This document shows, piece by piece, positions 27,438-41,506 of a DNA stretch of 64,000 nucleotides. The DNA is from Podarcis melisellensis (lineage: Eukaryota), in assembly GCA_964234715.1 (NCBI GenBank), contig OZ174284.1; one strand, 5' to 3'. Made by a program: the position numbers and the translations under genes. Under the pieces are notes generated by a model. That model was not told the origin of the DNA, made no database searches, and was given only the letters and a program-made list of their open reading frames with translations. Every line of letters starts with the position of its first letter. Position 1 is the first letter of the stretch.

Positions 27438-28500
27438 ATCACCACCCACCAACCTTGTTGGCTGGGGCGAATGGACTTGGGAATCTAACAACATCTGGAG
27501 GGCCACAGGTTTTCCTTTTCTTGACATACACCACGGTTGATGAAGCTGGGAACAATGTCCCAACTGAGCCACTATCTCAGAGTGTATCAGCTACCCCTTA
27601 ATGTCATTCTGCAAGCATGTCATCAAGTGGCAGGCTGTGGCTCTTATTGATAAGAAAGGTTGATATGGGATACTGACCCATGAACAGAAAACTAAGCTAA
27701 AGAATTTCTATACCACTTCATCTCCTCACAAGGAAGCACCTGTCTGCAGTTTAGAATACCTGCCAATAAATCTGAGAATTCTTTGTTTATGTGACTGAAG
27801 CACACATACTCCAAAACCAACACAGGAATGTGCCACAGTGGGAGGAATAGTTTGCCTCTCATGGTTGCGGAAATAAATCCACTAATACAGATAGAACCTG
27901 AGACAAGTTGTGTTAAGCCACTATGGCAGAATTTTATGTTCTCACAGTGCAGAAAAATATTTGTTGTTGCTGCTGCTGCTGCAAGAGTGGGGGAGACCAG
28001 CAAGGACAAATGTCAAATTAAGTTCTGGAAACAGGTACCGAACCTTGAATGCTTTGCACACATGACAATATCTTTGACACCCTGACACATGGGCAGGGGG
28101 CACTTCAGAAAGAGCTTTTCTGAACTTCATGGTGTTTTTGCTTAGAGCATTTACTTATGTAGAAGCTTGCACCCGTATCTGATGCATGAGCATGAATGGA
28201 GAACTCAGTTCAATCCTTAACATAGGCCATAAATCACCCTCAGATAGGCAAAAGAGGAACATGGTGAACCGCAAGAAACAGTCCTCCAAGCAGTTTGTTC
28301 CCAACCTTGAAGCCTCCAACATTCTACAGTAGGAAATCACCACTTACTGAGAGTGACATGGCCCACGGCTCCAACTAAGTTTTGAGCTCCCGTTCACAAT
28401 AACAGTGAGACTTCTAGCCTATATTGTTTTCATTAATTCCTTAACTCTCCAACAAAAAAGATGGGAAAGTGCTGTGGATGTTAAGAGCCCCTTGCTGCTA

Positions 28501-28953
<453 letters not shown>

Positions 28954-28987
28954 TTAAAATGAGTAAAAGACAGGACGTATGGGGTTT

Positions 28988-29121
28988 CATAGACTAGAAT
29001 TTTAGAGCTGGAAGGGACCCTTATGGTCATCTAGTCCAACCCCCTGCAATGCAGGAATAGGAAGCTGTCCCGTACAGGGATCAAACTTGCCACCTTGGCA
29101 TTATCAGCATCATGCTCTCCA
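28988..29121 (-). mobile_element. tRNA-derived SINE with CR1-like 3' tail (POM-SINE type)
   Basis: Minus strand reads gagcatgatgctgataatgccaaggtggcaagtttgatccc (tRNA-like), then cctgcattgcagggggttggactagatgacc..cccttccagctcta, matching the CR1 3' UTR at 2600-2655. Confidence 0.75.
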
Positions 29122-29380
29122 GGTTTACACATAGCACATAGAGGGCAAAAACCTACACCAGCAATCATTTCATTCAGATACTGCTTGATCAGCCAAGTAT
29201 GTGCGCAAGATCCTAACCACTGGCTTGTATACAAAGCACAGAGGAAAGGAAAGTTAATTAGTAAGGAGAGGCAGAGTCACTCCCATAGCCAAACCAGAGT
29301 TTCCAGCTTCTCACCACTACGTGTGCAGGTTACAGGAGGGAGCTTCATGCTGACGAACACGCCTTCTACCTATCTCCTTA

Positions 29381-29617
<237 letters not shown>

Positions 29618-31059
29618 TCATTAATGTAACCTCACCAGGGTCTTGCCACAGAGGGGCCGGGCAAGGAAATGAAGAATCCATTTTAATTTCAAATGCTTAT
29701 GCAACACAATGCATTTAACTGTTCATTTAGCCCTATTTCTCCAGACTAAACAGCATCAATCTCAAAAGTTTGGAAGGAAAGGTGGGATGTATGAGAGTCA
29801 ATTGTGCTACCCTCTTCAAAACCTTGGCTCCATTAGTTGAAGACACAGCAAGGTCATTAACTAATCCCACACCCTACTCTAGAGGTAGCCAAGATGCCCT
29901 CCAGATGTTTTAGACCACTGTTGCCATCAGACTTGGCCACCATAGCCAATGGTCAGGGATGATGGGAGCTGTAGTTCACAAGATGTGGTTGACTCCTCCT
30001 ACCCTAACCCATTAAATGCTGATAACAGTTGAGAAACTTATGCTAGTGCAAATCTAACACTTGCTACACTTCTCCCCTCCCCCCACCCGTTTCTTTGAAG
30101 ACTGAGCAGACTGACATCACCTGAGCCAAGAACACAAATGCCAAAACCACCAGTCACTTCAAAGGCAGCAAACACCCTTTAATCTTTTACATTGAGTGGT
30201 GGAAGTAGAGAAAAGTAAATATGTAGCACTACCAAAAAAAAACCCAAAACCCCAATTAGAGGAAAAACATTAACTGCCCTAAACATTTTCAACTTGCTTT
30301 ACGGAAAAAACCCATGACCGCATGCAATGCTAAGCTAAACCAGGGATTAGCAACAACAACCAAACACGCAGCTACCCAGAGTGAAAACCGTGGCGGCTTT
30401 GCTCCTCCACTGGTCCTGCTGCTGTTTCACTACTCAGAGCCAAACCATTGGGCTTAGTGTTACATGCAAACCCAAGCTTGAGGTTTTCCTCACTCTCAAC
30501 AAACGGTGAACTTATTGTAACCAAGATTTGCTCTTGGTTTACCATTCACAGTTTGTTTGGGGAAAACAAACAATTCACTAGCTGCTAGAATTATGCTTAG
30601 ATCATTCATGGTTGAATTTAGCCATAACTGTACTGAGTCCACCCTGGGATTGTGAGAATAGTACACATCGGCAGCACACAGTAACCAAGGGATCTCTGTG
30701 CCAGCCTCTCTGGGAAAGTGGTGCTCTTGAGCATATGGTATGGAACAGATCATTCAAATTATGGTTTAATAGCAGACAAGCTAAAACATCCGTTCTTTAC
30801 CCCACATGTCATTTGAATGGGATTTACTTCTTCAAAACGCAAGTCAGAATTGTTTACTGAAAGCAAATAGTTACTACTAGGCATGTGTGGCCAACATGCA
30901 ACACAGCATTAGCTGCATGCAGGAATAATCCAATGAATGTATTTGTGTTATGGAAGAAAGGCTTTTAACTCTTGAGATCTAGTATACTAACTGTCCCATC
31001 CCACAAACACTATACTTCAAGCAATAGCTGTTTCTGTTGAAACCACTATGGCATCTTTA

Positions 31060-31233
<174 letters not shown>

Positions 31234-31486
31234 TTAAACATCCTGATATGGGGGAGGGGGCCAAAATCACTGGCACTAACTAGTAGATGATTTTCTAGAG
31301 GCCACATTCTCTCAAATTGTTTATGAACGGTTTTTCAAGGAGTTCATAATTATGAGACTCAGGGTTAATGACAGAGGAAATAAAGGGTTGATATGACACC
31401 AAGGAGCCACAAAGTAAAAAGGGAAATTCAGAAAGCTTAGCAAAAGCAGTGTGAAAAAGGCTGAAGTGTATATGTGTATATCTATA

Positions 31487-31517
<31 letters not shown>

Positions 31518-32099
31518 AAACATTCATTATAAAAACACTGTAGATCAAACAAATCCCTAATAATGAGTTAGATCACATGAAAAGCCATTCCACTTTTCCC
31601 TATGACTTCCATTTACCCACAACTGCAGAGGTCACACAAAAAATGTAAAGCACAGCAGCCCCAGATGCCTGAACTTAAAAAATGGCCCATCATCACTTTT
31701 CATGGCTACTCTGCTCTGAGATTTTGACCCTTTTGAGCACATCACATGATGCCCATCCAGCAGGTTAACTAACAGTCATGCAGGTATCTCTGCCCATTCT
31801 TTTGATTAAACATCACCCCTTATTCCACTTCAGGGTAGTTCTACAGAGCATAAAGGCTATCCCTTTACAGTACTTCACCCACAGCACCTGTTTAACAATT
31901 TCAACTTTACCCTTTTTTTAAAAAAGCAATGCCCTAAAAAGATAAACGAGGAGCTTGAACTTTGCACTTGGAAGGGCTGTATTAACACAGCACGAGGGTG
32001 TTGTTGTTGTTGTTTCCCCGTTTGTAGTTTCCTTAACAACTTCAGCTGAAACCCTACCTACGCTTAAACCGGGAGTAAGCCTCGCGGAAATGAATGGAA

Positions 32100-33560
32100 C
32101 TTATTTCTGAGCAGGCATTATTTACAGGGCTGGGCTGCCGGGCTGCAATCCTAAACGTGCCTAAACGTGGGGTAAGCCCCACTGAAAACGGAGGGCCTTA
32201 CTTGCGAGTAAGCCTGTTTACGCCCCCCCTCTTCTCGTCCCCGTCTGAATCCCTTCTCGCGTGCCACGTACACCAGTCCGTACCCTTGAAGCTGCCGCCG
32301 CCCGTTGGCGACACCCTCGCCCTACTTGTGCCTCAGGACTCGCAGTGGGGCAGCCGCCCGGCCTCTCGCCGCCTGAGGGGGGAGCGTCGGCAAGGGGCCG
32401 GGGGTACCTGCTCCGCGCTCCTTAAAGGGGGCTGGACGAAGTGCCCGGAAGGACAAGGGGAGGCACCGCCGCCAGACCGAATGGAGAGAGAGGGAAGTGC
32501 CGGAGCTGCCTGCGGGCGCCTGAGGGGGACCGGAGTCGCCAGGTATCGGGGTCTGGGCTGGCGGGGCCCCGGGTCTCCGCTGCCCCCCGGCCGCCGGGCC
32601 TACCTTGCTGGTGAGGTCGAGCTCGGGCTCCCCGTTGAGCACCTCGCCGTCCTCGCTGCAGTCCGAGTCCGCGACGCCGCGGTGGAACCTGGAAGAGGCC
32701 GCCACTGCCCCGCCGTGAGAGGCGGGCTCCGGGGCGAACATCGAGGCCGGCACCGGCGAGCCCCCCATCGGGGAGCGACTGCGCTCCGTCGCCATCTTGG
32801 CAGCCCCGGCCTCCTTCTCCGGCCTCATTAGCATAGGCCCCGCCCACCCCTCGCGTCGACCGAGCCGGAGGAGCCCGCCGAGCTCCGCCCCCCGAACGGG
32901 CCTGCTTAATAATTTAGTACCCTGCTGACCAATCGGGGAGCCGCGCTGTTAGAACAGTAATTGCTGTATTGCTATGACAACCCGCAGCTTATTAATATGG
33001 ATGAGCCGTGTCTCCTTCGAAGACCCTTTTTGCGGTTCCTCCGGTTCAGAAAATAAAAGCAGCGGCAGCAGCGCTACTGGGATTTTTATTTATCTCTATT
33101 CTGGAAACTCTGGGCGGGAGCGGGGCGGTGTTATGTTTCTACCTGCTCGCGGCCAATGGGAGGGAAGAATGCATGATAAACAAAGTTCCTCGCCAATCGT
33201 GGCAAACATTTAAGTAATAGGCGGGAGTGCAGCCTCCGCCAATCAGAGAACAAGATTATGGCCGAGGTGCGTAGGTGAGAAAAGAAGGCGGGAATTTTAT
33301 CGTGGCGGCCAATAAGAAGGAGTGTACATATGCCAAAGCCAATCAAATACCCCAACCCATTTTGTGATTGAATGGGGATCGCCTCTATTTACTTCTGTCT
33401 CTGAGACAGATTGTCTCGCCCGGGATAATCCCTGGCAAAAGCTGATGAAACGGGGTTGAAATAAATCGCTTTGAGCGGTGATAATCTTATGCAATCGAGC
33501 AGTTATACTTGCGTTCCGTGACTTTCGCCCAAGGCCAATAATGTTTTATTTCCTTGTTTT
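32100..33560 (-). promoter_or_regulatory. GTPBP1 CpG-island promoter
   Basis: High CpG density, GC boxes, YY1-type AAGATGGCG over the start codon, octamer-like ATGCTAAT, seven CCAAT boxes. Confidence 0.85.
32604..32795 (-). CDS. GTPBP1: GTPBP1 coding exon 1 (MATERSRSP...ELDLTSK)
   Basis: aagATGg Kozak context, |gtagg donor, CpG island. Confidence 0.95.
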
Positions 33561-34889
33561 TCAGCCTCATTTTGAGAGCGAGGAGGTGGCACTGAAACGT
33601 GTCTGGACTAATCTCCAAATGCTCAAAGCCTTCGTGTAAATCGGTGAAGCCTCACTCAGCCCAAGCGCTTTTGTTTTGGCACTGGTATTCCTGATTTCGC
33701 ATTTCTTATCCATTAGGAATAAATTGAACGGCCCCCGCAGGCTTCAGTGTTTTGAGAAGCCAGCAGACAAGCAATAATAATAATAATGCTACTGCTATTG
33801 TTATTACCTGTTCTTCACCAGCAGGTCCCAGGCCAGGTTAGGACAATCTAAAGTTCAAATTTAAAAATCACTTAAAATACATGACTACATTTCTTTTGAG
33901 GGGTTTTTTATCCAGTTATTTTAAGTTTCTTTAGATAGACAAATACTTTATATTGGTGTTCCATCTAGTCTGCACCTTTAGGAAAAGTAAGAAAGCTTTT
34001 TGGTATTTTAAAGATTAACTTGTTTTGTAGCATAAGCTTTCCTGGGCCTGTAGAATGTGCCAGTAACCAAGGTGGAAGAATCACTTATCTTCTGAAAATA
34101 CAAAATTCTTCCACAAAAAAATTCACATACTATGTAGACATGTATACATCTGGAATACATAAGGAAGAGAGGAAAATGCTATATCTTTGTAGCGTTGAGT
34201 CACAATATTTCAAGCACTGCAAGAGAGCTGTGTGTTACTGTACTATTCAGCACTCAGTAATGAAATTCAATCCAGTCAGTATGGGCGTTGTCAAAATCTG
34301 ACAATTAGTGGCCAGTTCCTAATAAAAAGAGCAAGGTAAAATTAATGATAATGTGAATACTAGGGTTTTTTTCTTACTGATGACATGAGGAAATACAATA
34401 AATCACAGGTCAAAGTGGTGACTGCTCAGTTGCATAAGATTACAACAGTTGAGAATTATTGTGTTTCAGACTTGTGTAATAAGCATTGTCTAAGGATTGA
34501 CCCAGACTTTTAAATCTCAGTGTGAGAGAAGTAAATAGAGGAAATCCCCATTCATTTATACAGTACACACAATATAAAGCTATAGGGAGCTGAGGGCCAC
34601 TTATTTTCATGGGTGAAAAAAATCTCAGAAAATATTAAAAGTATTGATGAAGACTTGGATTTTCATGACATTTGGAATGGCTGTATTTATCAGCATTTAG
34701 CCTACCTATACTCTGTCTCTTGTATAATATTAATTTGGTTGATGAGTTATCCTGTGGAATGATGATTGAATTGCCTATGTTAGCTGTTGAATTTGTTCCC
34801 ATTTTGAATTGGTAAGGACAGATGTGAATGACAGATGGAAGTGGAAAGATATTGGCCAGGCAACAGATAGCCTTGTCATTTTATATGCT

Positions 34890-35700
34890 GTTTAACATTA
34901 TAGTGGAATGATCTGGAGTCTCAGACTGTGCTGCCATCAATATGTTGACAACATGCAACTTGAATTCTTTGTTACAGCTAAAGCAGGTGTGAGGTGGATG
35001 TGCTGGATCAGTGCCTGGTTTCCCTAATGGACTGGGTGAGAGCCAACAAACTGAAGCTCAGTCAGCGTAACACTGTGACCCCATTATTGGGTGGTTCGTC
35101 TCTCTGGATGAGGTTACACTTCCCTTGATGTGTCGCTTGAAGAAACAAGTGTTGCTGTTGGGTTCACTTGGATTCAATCCAGTCATTTGGCACAAGGAGC
35201 CTCGGTGTGGCACAGAGTGCCTTCTACCAGCTTTGGCTGATAGCCCAGGTACAACCCTGTCTGGATAGGGATAGCCTGACCTTTCTTGTCTATTTTCTAG
35301 TAACCTCCAGTTTAAACTTTAAAGACTGTTTGGAAACTACAGCTAATACAGAATGTAGCTATTAAATTGTTAACTGGAACAAGAAGGTGTTAATACAAAG
35401 CATGGGACATGGCCAGTACAAATTGGCTGCCAGTTTGTTTCTGTACCCAGTTCAAAGTGCTGTTTTGACCTTGAAAATATATTTACATAAAAGACCGTCT
35501 TCATATGAATCTGTCTAGAACCAAAGATGGTTATCTGCAGTCCTCCTTTGTGTGCCCCCTCTGAAGGGTAAGGAGGGTGGCAAAGAGAGAGAAACCATTT
35601 ATAGTCACCTCATTCATAGAATGGTGTCCACAGGGTGCCAACCATGTCATTTTAGCACCAGGCAAATATTTATTTTCATGGGCATTTGGGCAACATATTA
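34890..35700 (+). mobile_element. Decayed L2-clade LINE ORF2 fragment
   Basis: Residual RT motifs: CHQYVDNMQL (YADD-like), DWVRANKLKL, AQSAFYQLWLIAQVQPCLDRDSL. Confidence 0.75.
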
Positions 35701-35760
35701 TTACTAAATCTGTTTTTGATATATTTCTGTTGCTTTATTAATGTTGTGGGGTTTTTTACA

Positions 35761-36116
35761 GTAAAGGTAAAGGTACCCCTGCCCGTACGGGCCAGTCTTG
35801 ACAGACTCTGGGGTTGTGCGCCCATCTCACTTAAGAGGCCAGGGGCCAGCGCTGTCCGGAGACACTTCCGGGTCACGTGGCCAGCGTGACATCGCTGCTC
35901 TGGTGAGCCAGAGCCGCACACGGAAACACCGTTTACCTTCCCGCTGGTAAGCGGTCCCTATTTATCTACTTGCACCCGGAGGTGCTTTCGAACTGCTAGG
36001 TTGGCAGGCGCTGGGACCGAGCAGCAGGAGCGCACCCCGCCGCAGGGATTCGAACCGCCGACCATGCGATCGGCAAGTCCTAGGCGCTGAGGCTTTAACC
36101 CACAGCGCCACCTGCG
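35761..36116 (-). mobile_element. Sauria SINE
   Basis: Minus strand: gtggcgctgtgggttaaa...ggttcgaatccc head, gccaacctagcagttcgaaagcac core, acctttaccttta tail. Confidence 0.92.
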
Positions 36117-37199
36117 CTGTAACTTAGCTGTAAATCATTTTGGCACATTTATTTTAGTAGTGATACATAAATTCAGCATATGTAACCTAACCTATATAAG
36201 CTTGCCTTCCTTATGGTCCTTAAATCTTAAAGACAGGCCATATAGTTGAGGAAGTATGCCGGTCTTCCCCAACTGGGCGTCCCCCATGTGATGTTGGACT
36301 AACATGCTAAACAGGCTTAGACATAGGAGCCAACTCCTAGGGGCCCTTGGGGTCTTCAGCCTCCCAATAAAATATTTGAGGGGGCCGCCCCCCCCCAGTT
36401 GATGGGCATTGTCATTCAAATGGTGTACATACACTGTGTGGTGTGATCAATTATGTGGGGTGGGGCTACACCAAGAGGCAGGAGGCTAACATTGGTTACT
36501 GGCTCCCAGTTCTAATTTTAAATACTGCACAATCGCAGCAACAGACTGAATAAATAACTCTCGTTTATAAATAAAATCAAGGCTACTTCAGCTTCATCCC
36601 TGAGAAAAGGTACATTCAGCAGCGCAGGGGTTCCCAAACTGTGGTCCTGCGTTGTGGGGGGGGGGGTAATATTTTGGGAATCACTGCAGTCGGGTAGGGG
36701 AGGATCTTTGCTGCTCCAGCACAAACGGGCAGCGGCTGTCATACATGCAAGCTGCTTGAAATACAGTGGTACCTCGGTTTAAGAACAGCCATGTTTACGA
36801 ATTATTCAGTATACGATGAATGATTGAAATGTTTACCAATGTCAGGCACCCAAACGGAGCGGATGAGGCGAGGCGCGTTAAAACCATGACTCTCTGACTC
36901 AAAGGCATGCATATCCTTAATTATATTTTTATCCCATGTGCCACGCGGCTTAGGAATGCCTACACCCGCCTTTTATGTCCTTAACAACACCTCCGTGAAG
37001 TGGGTCGGGGCTCAGAGGACGCCTGGCAGAGAATTCCGTCCGCGCCAGCCTTCATAGGCATGAGGAGGAATTGTGAACACGCGGTCCTCCTCCCGGCTCG
37101 TCACACCCAATCCTCAGCCCCACAACTCCGCACTGCCTATAATAAGGCACAGCTCAAGCCGCACGCACAGCCGAGGGTGCCTAGCTAGCTAGCAGGGTT

Positions 37200-37950
37200 A
37201 AGATTTCAGAAGAGATTGCAAAGGCAAACGTCTCCGGCGCCGTCTGAAAGGGAGGAGGGAAAGAGCGAGCGCCGCCTTCTCTGACGTCACGCGGAACCCT
37301 GCTCCATAGGCCCGCGCCGGGGGCGGGCTCAGCGCGCTCACAGGGGAAGGGCTCTGTTATGGTTGCGCATGCGCTGGCTCCTGGGTGGTTGTTGGGCTTC
37401 AGCAGGTTGGGGCCGCTAACGGGTGAGTAGCAGCGTGACGGGGGGACGGGGCGAGGGGTCGCGAAGGGAGAGAGGCGTTCCGTGTGTCCCCCCCCTCAAA
37501 AAAACACAAGAATGCGGGAGGGCCTGTGGGGTTGCCCCCCACCTGAGTATAGAGCTCTTTTCTCCCACACGTCACCCTGGACAGTCTCTCTTCCTCGCCC
37601 CCCCCAAAAGACTCTCCGGTTCCCTCTTCTCCCGAGTTGGCGAGTTCAACGCCTCCCCCCCCCCCTCTCCGCGCCCCACAATCCAGAGAAGGAGTTGCCC
37701 CCCCCCCCGAGCGGGCACAGGGGCCTGCTGACTGCATGACTGCGGTTCCCCAGGACAGGCCAGGATTGCTGTGATTGCAAGCACAAACTCTCGTTCCCTA
37801 CTCTTCCTCCCCCCCCCCCCAATTCCTGCACGCGCTTCTCCTGCCCGCACTTAACGGCGGGATATTGGCACCCTCCGCGACGCCGAGGAGGGCTGGGGAG
37901 GGCTTGTGAGGCAAAGGAAAACCCTTCTTTCCGGATGTGGGGGAACCCCG
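37200..37950 (+). promoter_or_regulatory. JOSD1 CpG-island promoter and probable non-coding exon 1 (donor after 37422)
   Basis: CRE TGACGTCA at 37282-37289, GC box at 37321, NRF1-type TGCGCATGCGC at 37364-37374, cgg|gtgagt donor. Confidence 0.75.
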
Positions 37951-38741
37951 GATCTCATCAGGCAGGCCTTCCTTGCACCTTCGTGGCTTTTTTGTTTTGT
38001 TTATGCAGAGCAGTTCTGGAAACCCTTTTCTGGAGTGCTGTTTTAAAAAGTCGGTAACCGGGCAGTGATAGTTCTGTGTTTCATTGGATCTCTTCTTTTC
38101 TCCCATCAGGAACACAAGAAGCCTTGGGCAAGGAATTTTGTACCTGGCGAAGTTGGAGGACCCCCACCTGGAAGAAAAAGTCTATTTCCCTGTCTCTCTG
38201 CATCTGTGTTTTGGGGACGCAGCCTCTCTGACAAGATTGCAAAAATGCAGTTGATGCCTCTCTGGGGGCCCTGTATTCCTTCTGGACAGCACCAACTTGG
38301 CCTTGCTTAATTACATGATTTTTGTCTTCCCCCACCCCTTTTTTGTTATTGTTGTTAGACTGTGGATCTTTGTCTTGGAGGCATCATTGACCAAAGGAAA
38401 TGGAGGAAAAAGAGCGATGTGATACATTCTGTCTGACACTCTGATGTTAAGGCCATATAAAACATTTTTCAAGGGGAGGCCGAGAAAAAGATGCAAATAT
38501 ACTAAGGACAGTTCCTTGCAGGCTAATGGAGGTGGGAGGGTGGGAGAAAAATGATTAAAATCTTTAAGTTATTTCTGCAGCCATCCAGTGAAGACAACTA
38601 TTAAAGTAACAGCAGGTGTTCCACTTGTGTGGGCTGGAGTTGTCTAGAAACGAAAGGCTGCTTGCTCTGCTTTTTGTGTGGTGGGGAGAAACTTCATAAA
38701 CTTTGTCATCTCCTATCTTCACGTCCTACACTACAAAAAAA

Positions 38742-38926
38742 ATGAGTTGTGTGCCATGGAAAGGTGACAAAATAAAATCGGAATCATCTGAAACACCACA
38801 GCCGATGCCAGTGCGTATTTATCATGAAAAACAGCGCAGGGAGTTATGTGCTCTCCATGCCCTCAATAATGTCTTCCAGGATGGCAATGCCTTTACCCGA
38901 GACACGTTACAGGAGATTTTTCAAAG
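38742..38926 (+). CDS. JOSD1: JOSD1 coding exon 1 ([10 protein letters not shown]...LQEIFQR)
   Basis: aaaATG start, |gtaag donor. Confidence 0.96.
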
Positions 38927-41062
38927 GTAAGAAGAACTTGGTTTGCCAGCATTATGTTAAGGGGGGGGGTGTTGTTTTGTTTTCTATATATGCATTCACT
39001 TCTATAGTTGTATTTAGTGCCTCAGAAACTCTGTGGGTTGGGTGAGGAAAAGAAGAGTTTCCAGAATTTTAATTCTGATTCTGAATGGTTTCTTGTTTCA
39101 TCATTCGCCACACATTTTACTAAGGAGACCACCAAGACAGTTTGCCTTTTTGTCCAGGGTTCTGCCTCTCTGTACCAGCTTCTGAAGCAGAAACAAAATC
39201 CTCTTAGAGCTGCGTTTTGCATAGGTTTTTTATTATGTAATTAAAAAGAAGGCACACAGGCAAAATGTAGCCAGGGGATCTCATGAGAACACTTATTTCC
39301 TGATGTTAAATACAATTCGTGCAGTCCTGGGTATAGTGGACTATCATCCCTCAGGCTACATCTGCCAGTCTTTCATCATATCTCTCTGTCTGCTCTCTGG
39401 GAACCAGTGTCTTCTGCAAGTCCTCCTGCTCTTAACTCTTCCATGCACCATACCATTCAACTACCCAAGTTGCTTCTGCTCCTTTGATTTACACATCAGT
39501 GCTCTCCATGCTTCCTCTTTTGTTATCCAACTAAACAGTAGCTGATATGGTCCCATTATTGTATCATGTGTGTTAGTAACTAGCTTGAAAACTGTGCTTG
39601 GAACTGAAAAAATAGGTGGTAGTCCTTGCGTGTATGCTTGATCCTTTATTTACTACAAATGTTTTGAGAAATGTGCTACTAAGCCATTTGCAAACTGGAA
39701 TTCTCCCAATCTCTTTATGGATAGGTTTGTTAACCTTAATAATGAGTAAATATAGCAGAGGGGCTTACTCTTTTGAGTAAAAATGCCTAGAATCATGCAT
39801 ATATTTTAAAGCTGGTAGTCTGAAGTTTTTGTTGAAAATTAAAATAGGTAATATAGTCAAGGCAATAGTTCCTGTGTTGTTTATGTAGTGTTTTCTTGTT
39901 CTTCTGGGAGTTCTCCATATTCCTTGAGACTCTTGAGAGGCTTAATTTAAGACACAGTACATTTAAGTGGATTCCCTTGAGTTTCCATCTTGAACTTATT
40001 GGATATGAAAAGTGAAGTTTGTGTAAATGTTCAGGAACATTTAGAAAAGTTCTTAACGTCTGGGTTCCTGACGAAGGATTCCGTGGCTTTGGTCTTTACA
40101 AATGTAATTGTTGAAGGATCATGGCTGTAATTAACAAACCCACAAAACTTGCCTATCACACACCAGAGCAAAGTGCAGTCCTAATTTGTTTAATACATCT
40201 TTGCCTGCTTTCTTTACTGTCTTAGATCATAGACTGTTGTATTGGTTACCGTGAGCATGTGAAATGGATCAAAGCAGATCTTCCTTGCCTATTTAAAAAG
40301 TGGCACTGTCTGTTGTTAACCTTTAGGGGAAAGGACAAGGTGCCCTTCATTCCTCCAGAGCAATTATGGATGAACAAATGTCATTTGGCTGTGGAGAGAT
40401 CATTTCATGGTAAATGTCTGAGGATTGCTCATTTCCAGATGCCAGTCATAATTACAGATTGAGCTTGTTGGGATACCACATATAGCTTGTTCATGTGATT
40501 GAAACCAGCATGACCTACTTGGCTTTGTTCAGACAATAGTTGATGTTTGAATCTTACAGGAGTGTCATGCTCTTTCAACACAGAGAGGTATCTGCCACTG
40601 TGAAATCAAGAATTTTACCAGTTTTTCAAAAGTGTAGAAATCATTGTACTGTAATTCTTCTGTTTTGGATGTAGTCTCTATCAGGGCCCAGTCAGGTTTA
40701 GTGTTGTGAAAGTTTATTCTTCTCACTCTTTGAAACTTTGCTGTCTTTTATTGTAGGTTCTATAATGGTTTATTGTAATCTTCTATATGTTAGCAATGAC
40801 TTTCATTTTCTTTTTTGAGGGATACAAAACCGGTGACAGAAAAACAATAGGTTTACTTTGAGAACACTTAATGGACTTCCCCACTCTCTGTCCATCCCAG
40901 CACCTATCTCTTCCTACAAATGTACAGACAGAGTAGTGGACTTAATTTATTAACCTTTTTGTCCATCTTCAGCTATCTTTCCCCCAAATGGTCAGCCTTG
41001 CTTCATCATCCACTTGGGACCAATGCTATCTTCATGTTTCTACAATGTGTTTTCATGTTCAG

Positions 41063-41191
41063 GTTGTCTCCCAACACCATGGTGACACCCCACAAGAAAA
41101 GCATGCTGGGAAACGGGAACTATGATGTGAACGTCATCATGGCAGCTCTTCAGACCAAAGGTTATGAAGCAGTTTGGTGGGATAAGCGCAG
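41063..41191 (+). CDS. JOSD1: JOSD1 coding exon 2 ([12 protein letters not shown]...WWDKRR)
   Basis: gttcag| ... |gtaaa. Confidence 0.96.
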
Positions 41192-41311
41192 GTAAAGAGA
41201 ACCAGACTATCAAGAGAGACTTGCCATCATTGGAACTGGCTTCTTCCTAGTTGGGTTTATAAATAACTGTAAGAGCCTAACAGTTTCTTTCTTCTATTAT
41301 TCTCTGTTCAG

Positions 41312-41506
41312 GGATGTCAGTGTAATTGCCCTCTCCAATGTGATGGGCTTCATTATGAATCTGCCATCAAGCCTCTGCTGGGGTCCATTGAAACTTCCTC
41401 TTAAAAGGCAACATTGGATCTGTGTCCGGGAAGTGGGAGGTATCTACTATAACCTTGACTCTAAACTCAAGATGCCTGAATCCATTGGAGGTGAAAGTGA
41501 GCTCAG
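41312..41506 (+). CDS. JOSD1: JOSD1 coding exon 3 ([12 protein letters not shown]...IGGESELR)
   Basis: gttcag| ... |gtagg. Confidence 0.96.

Noticed and set aside
32094-32831. 245-aa + strand ORF
   Set aside because: Antisense shadow of the GTPBP1 exon 1 CpG island.
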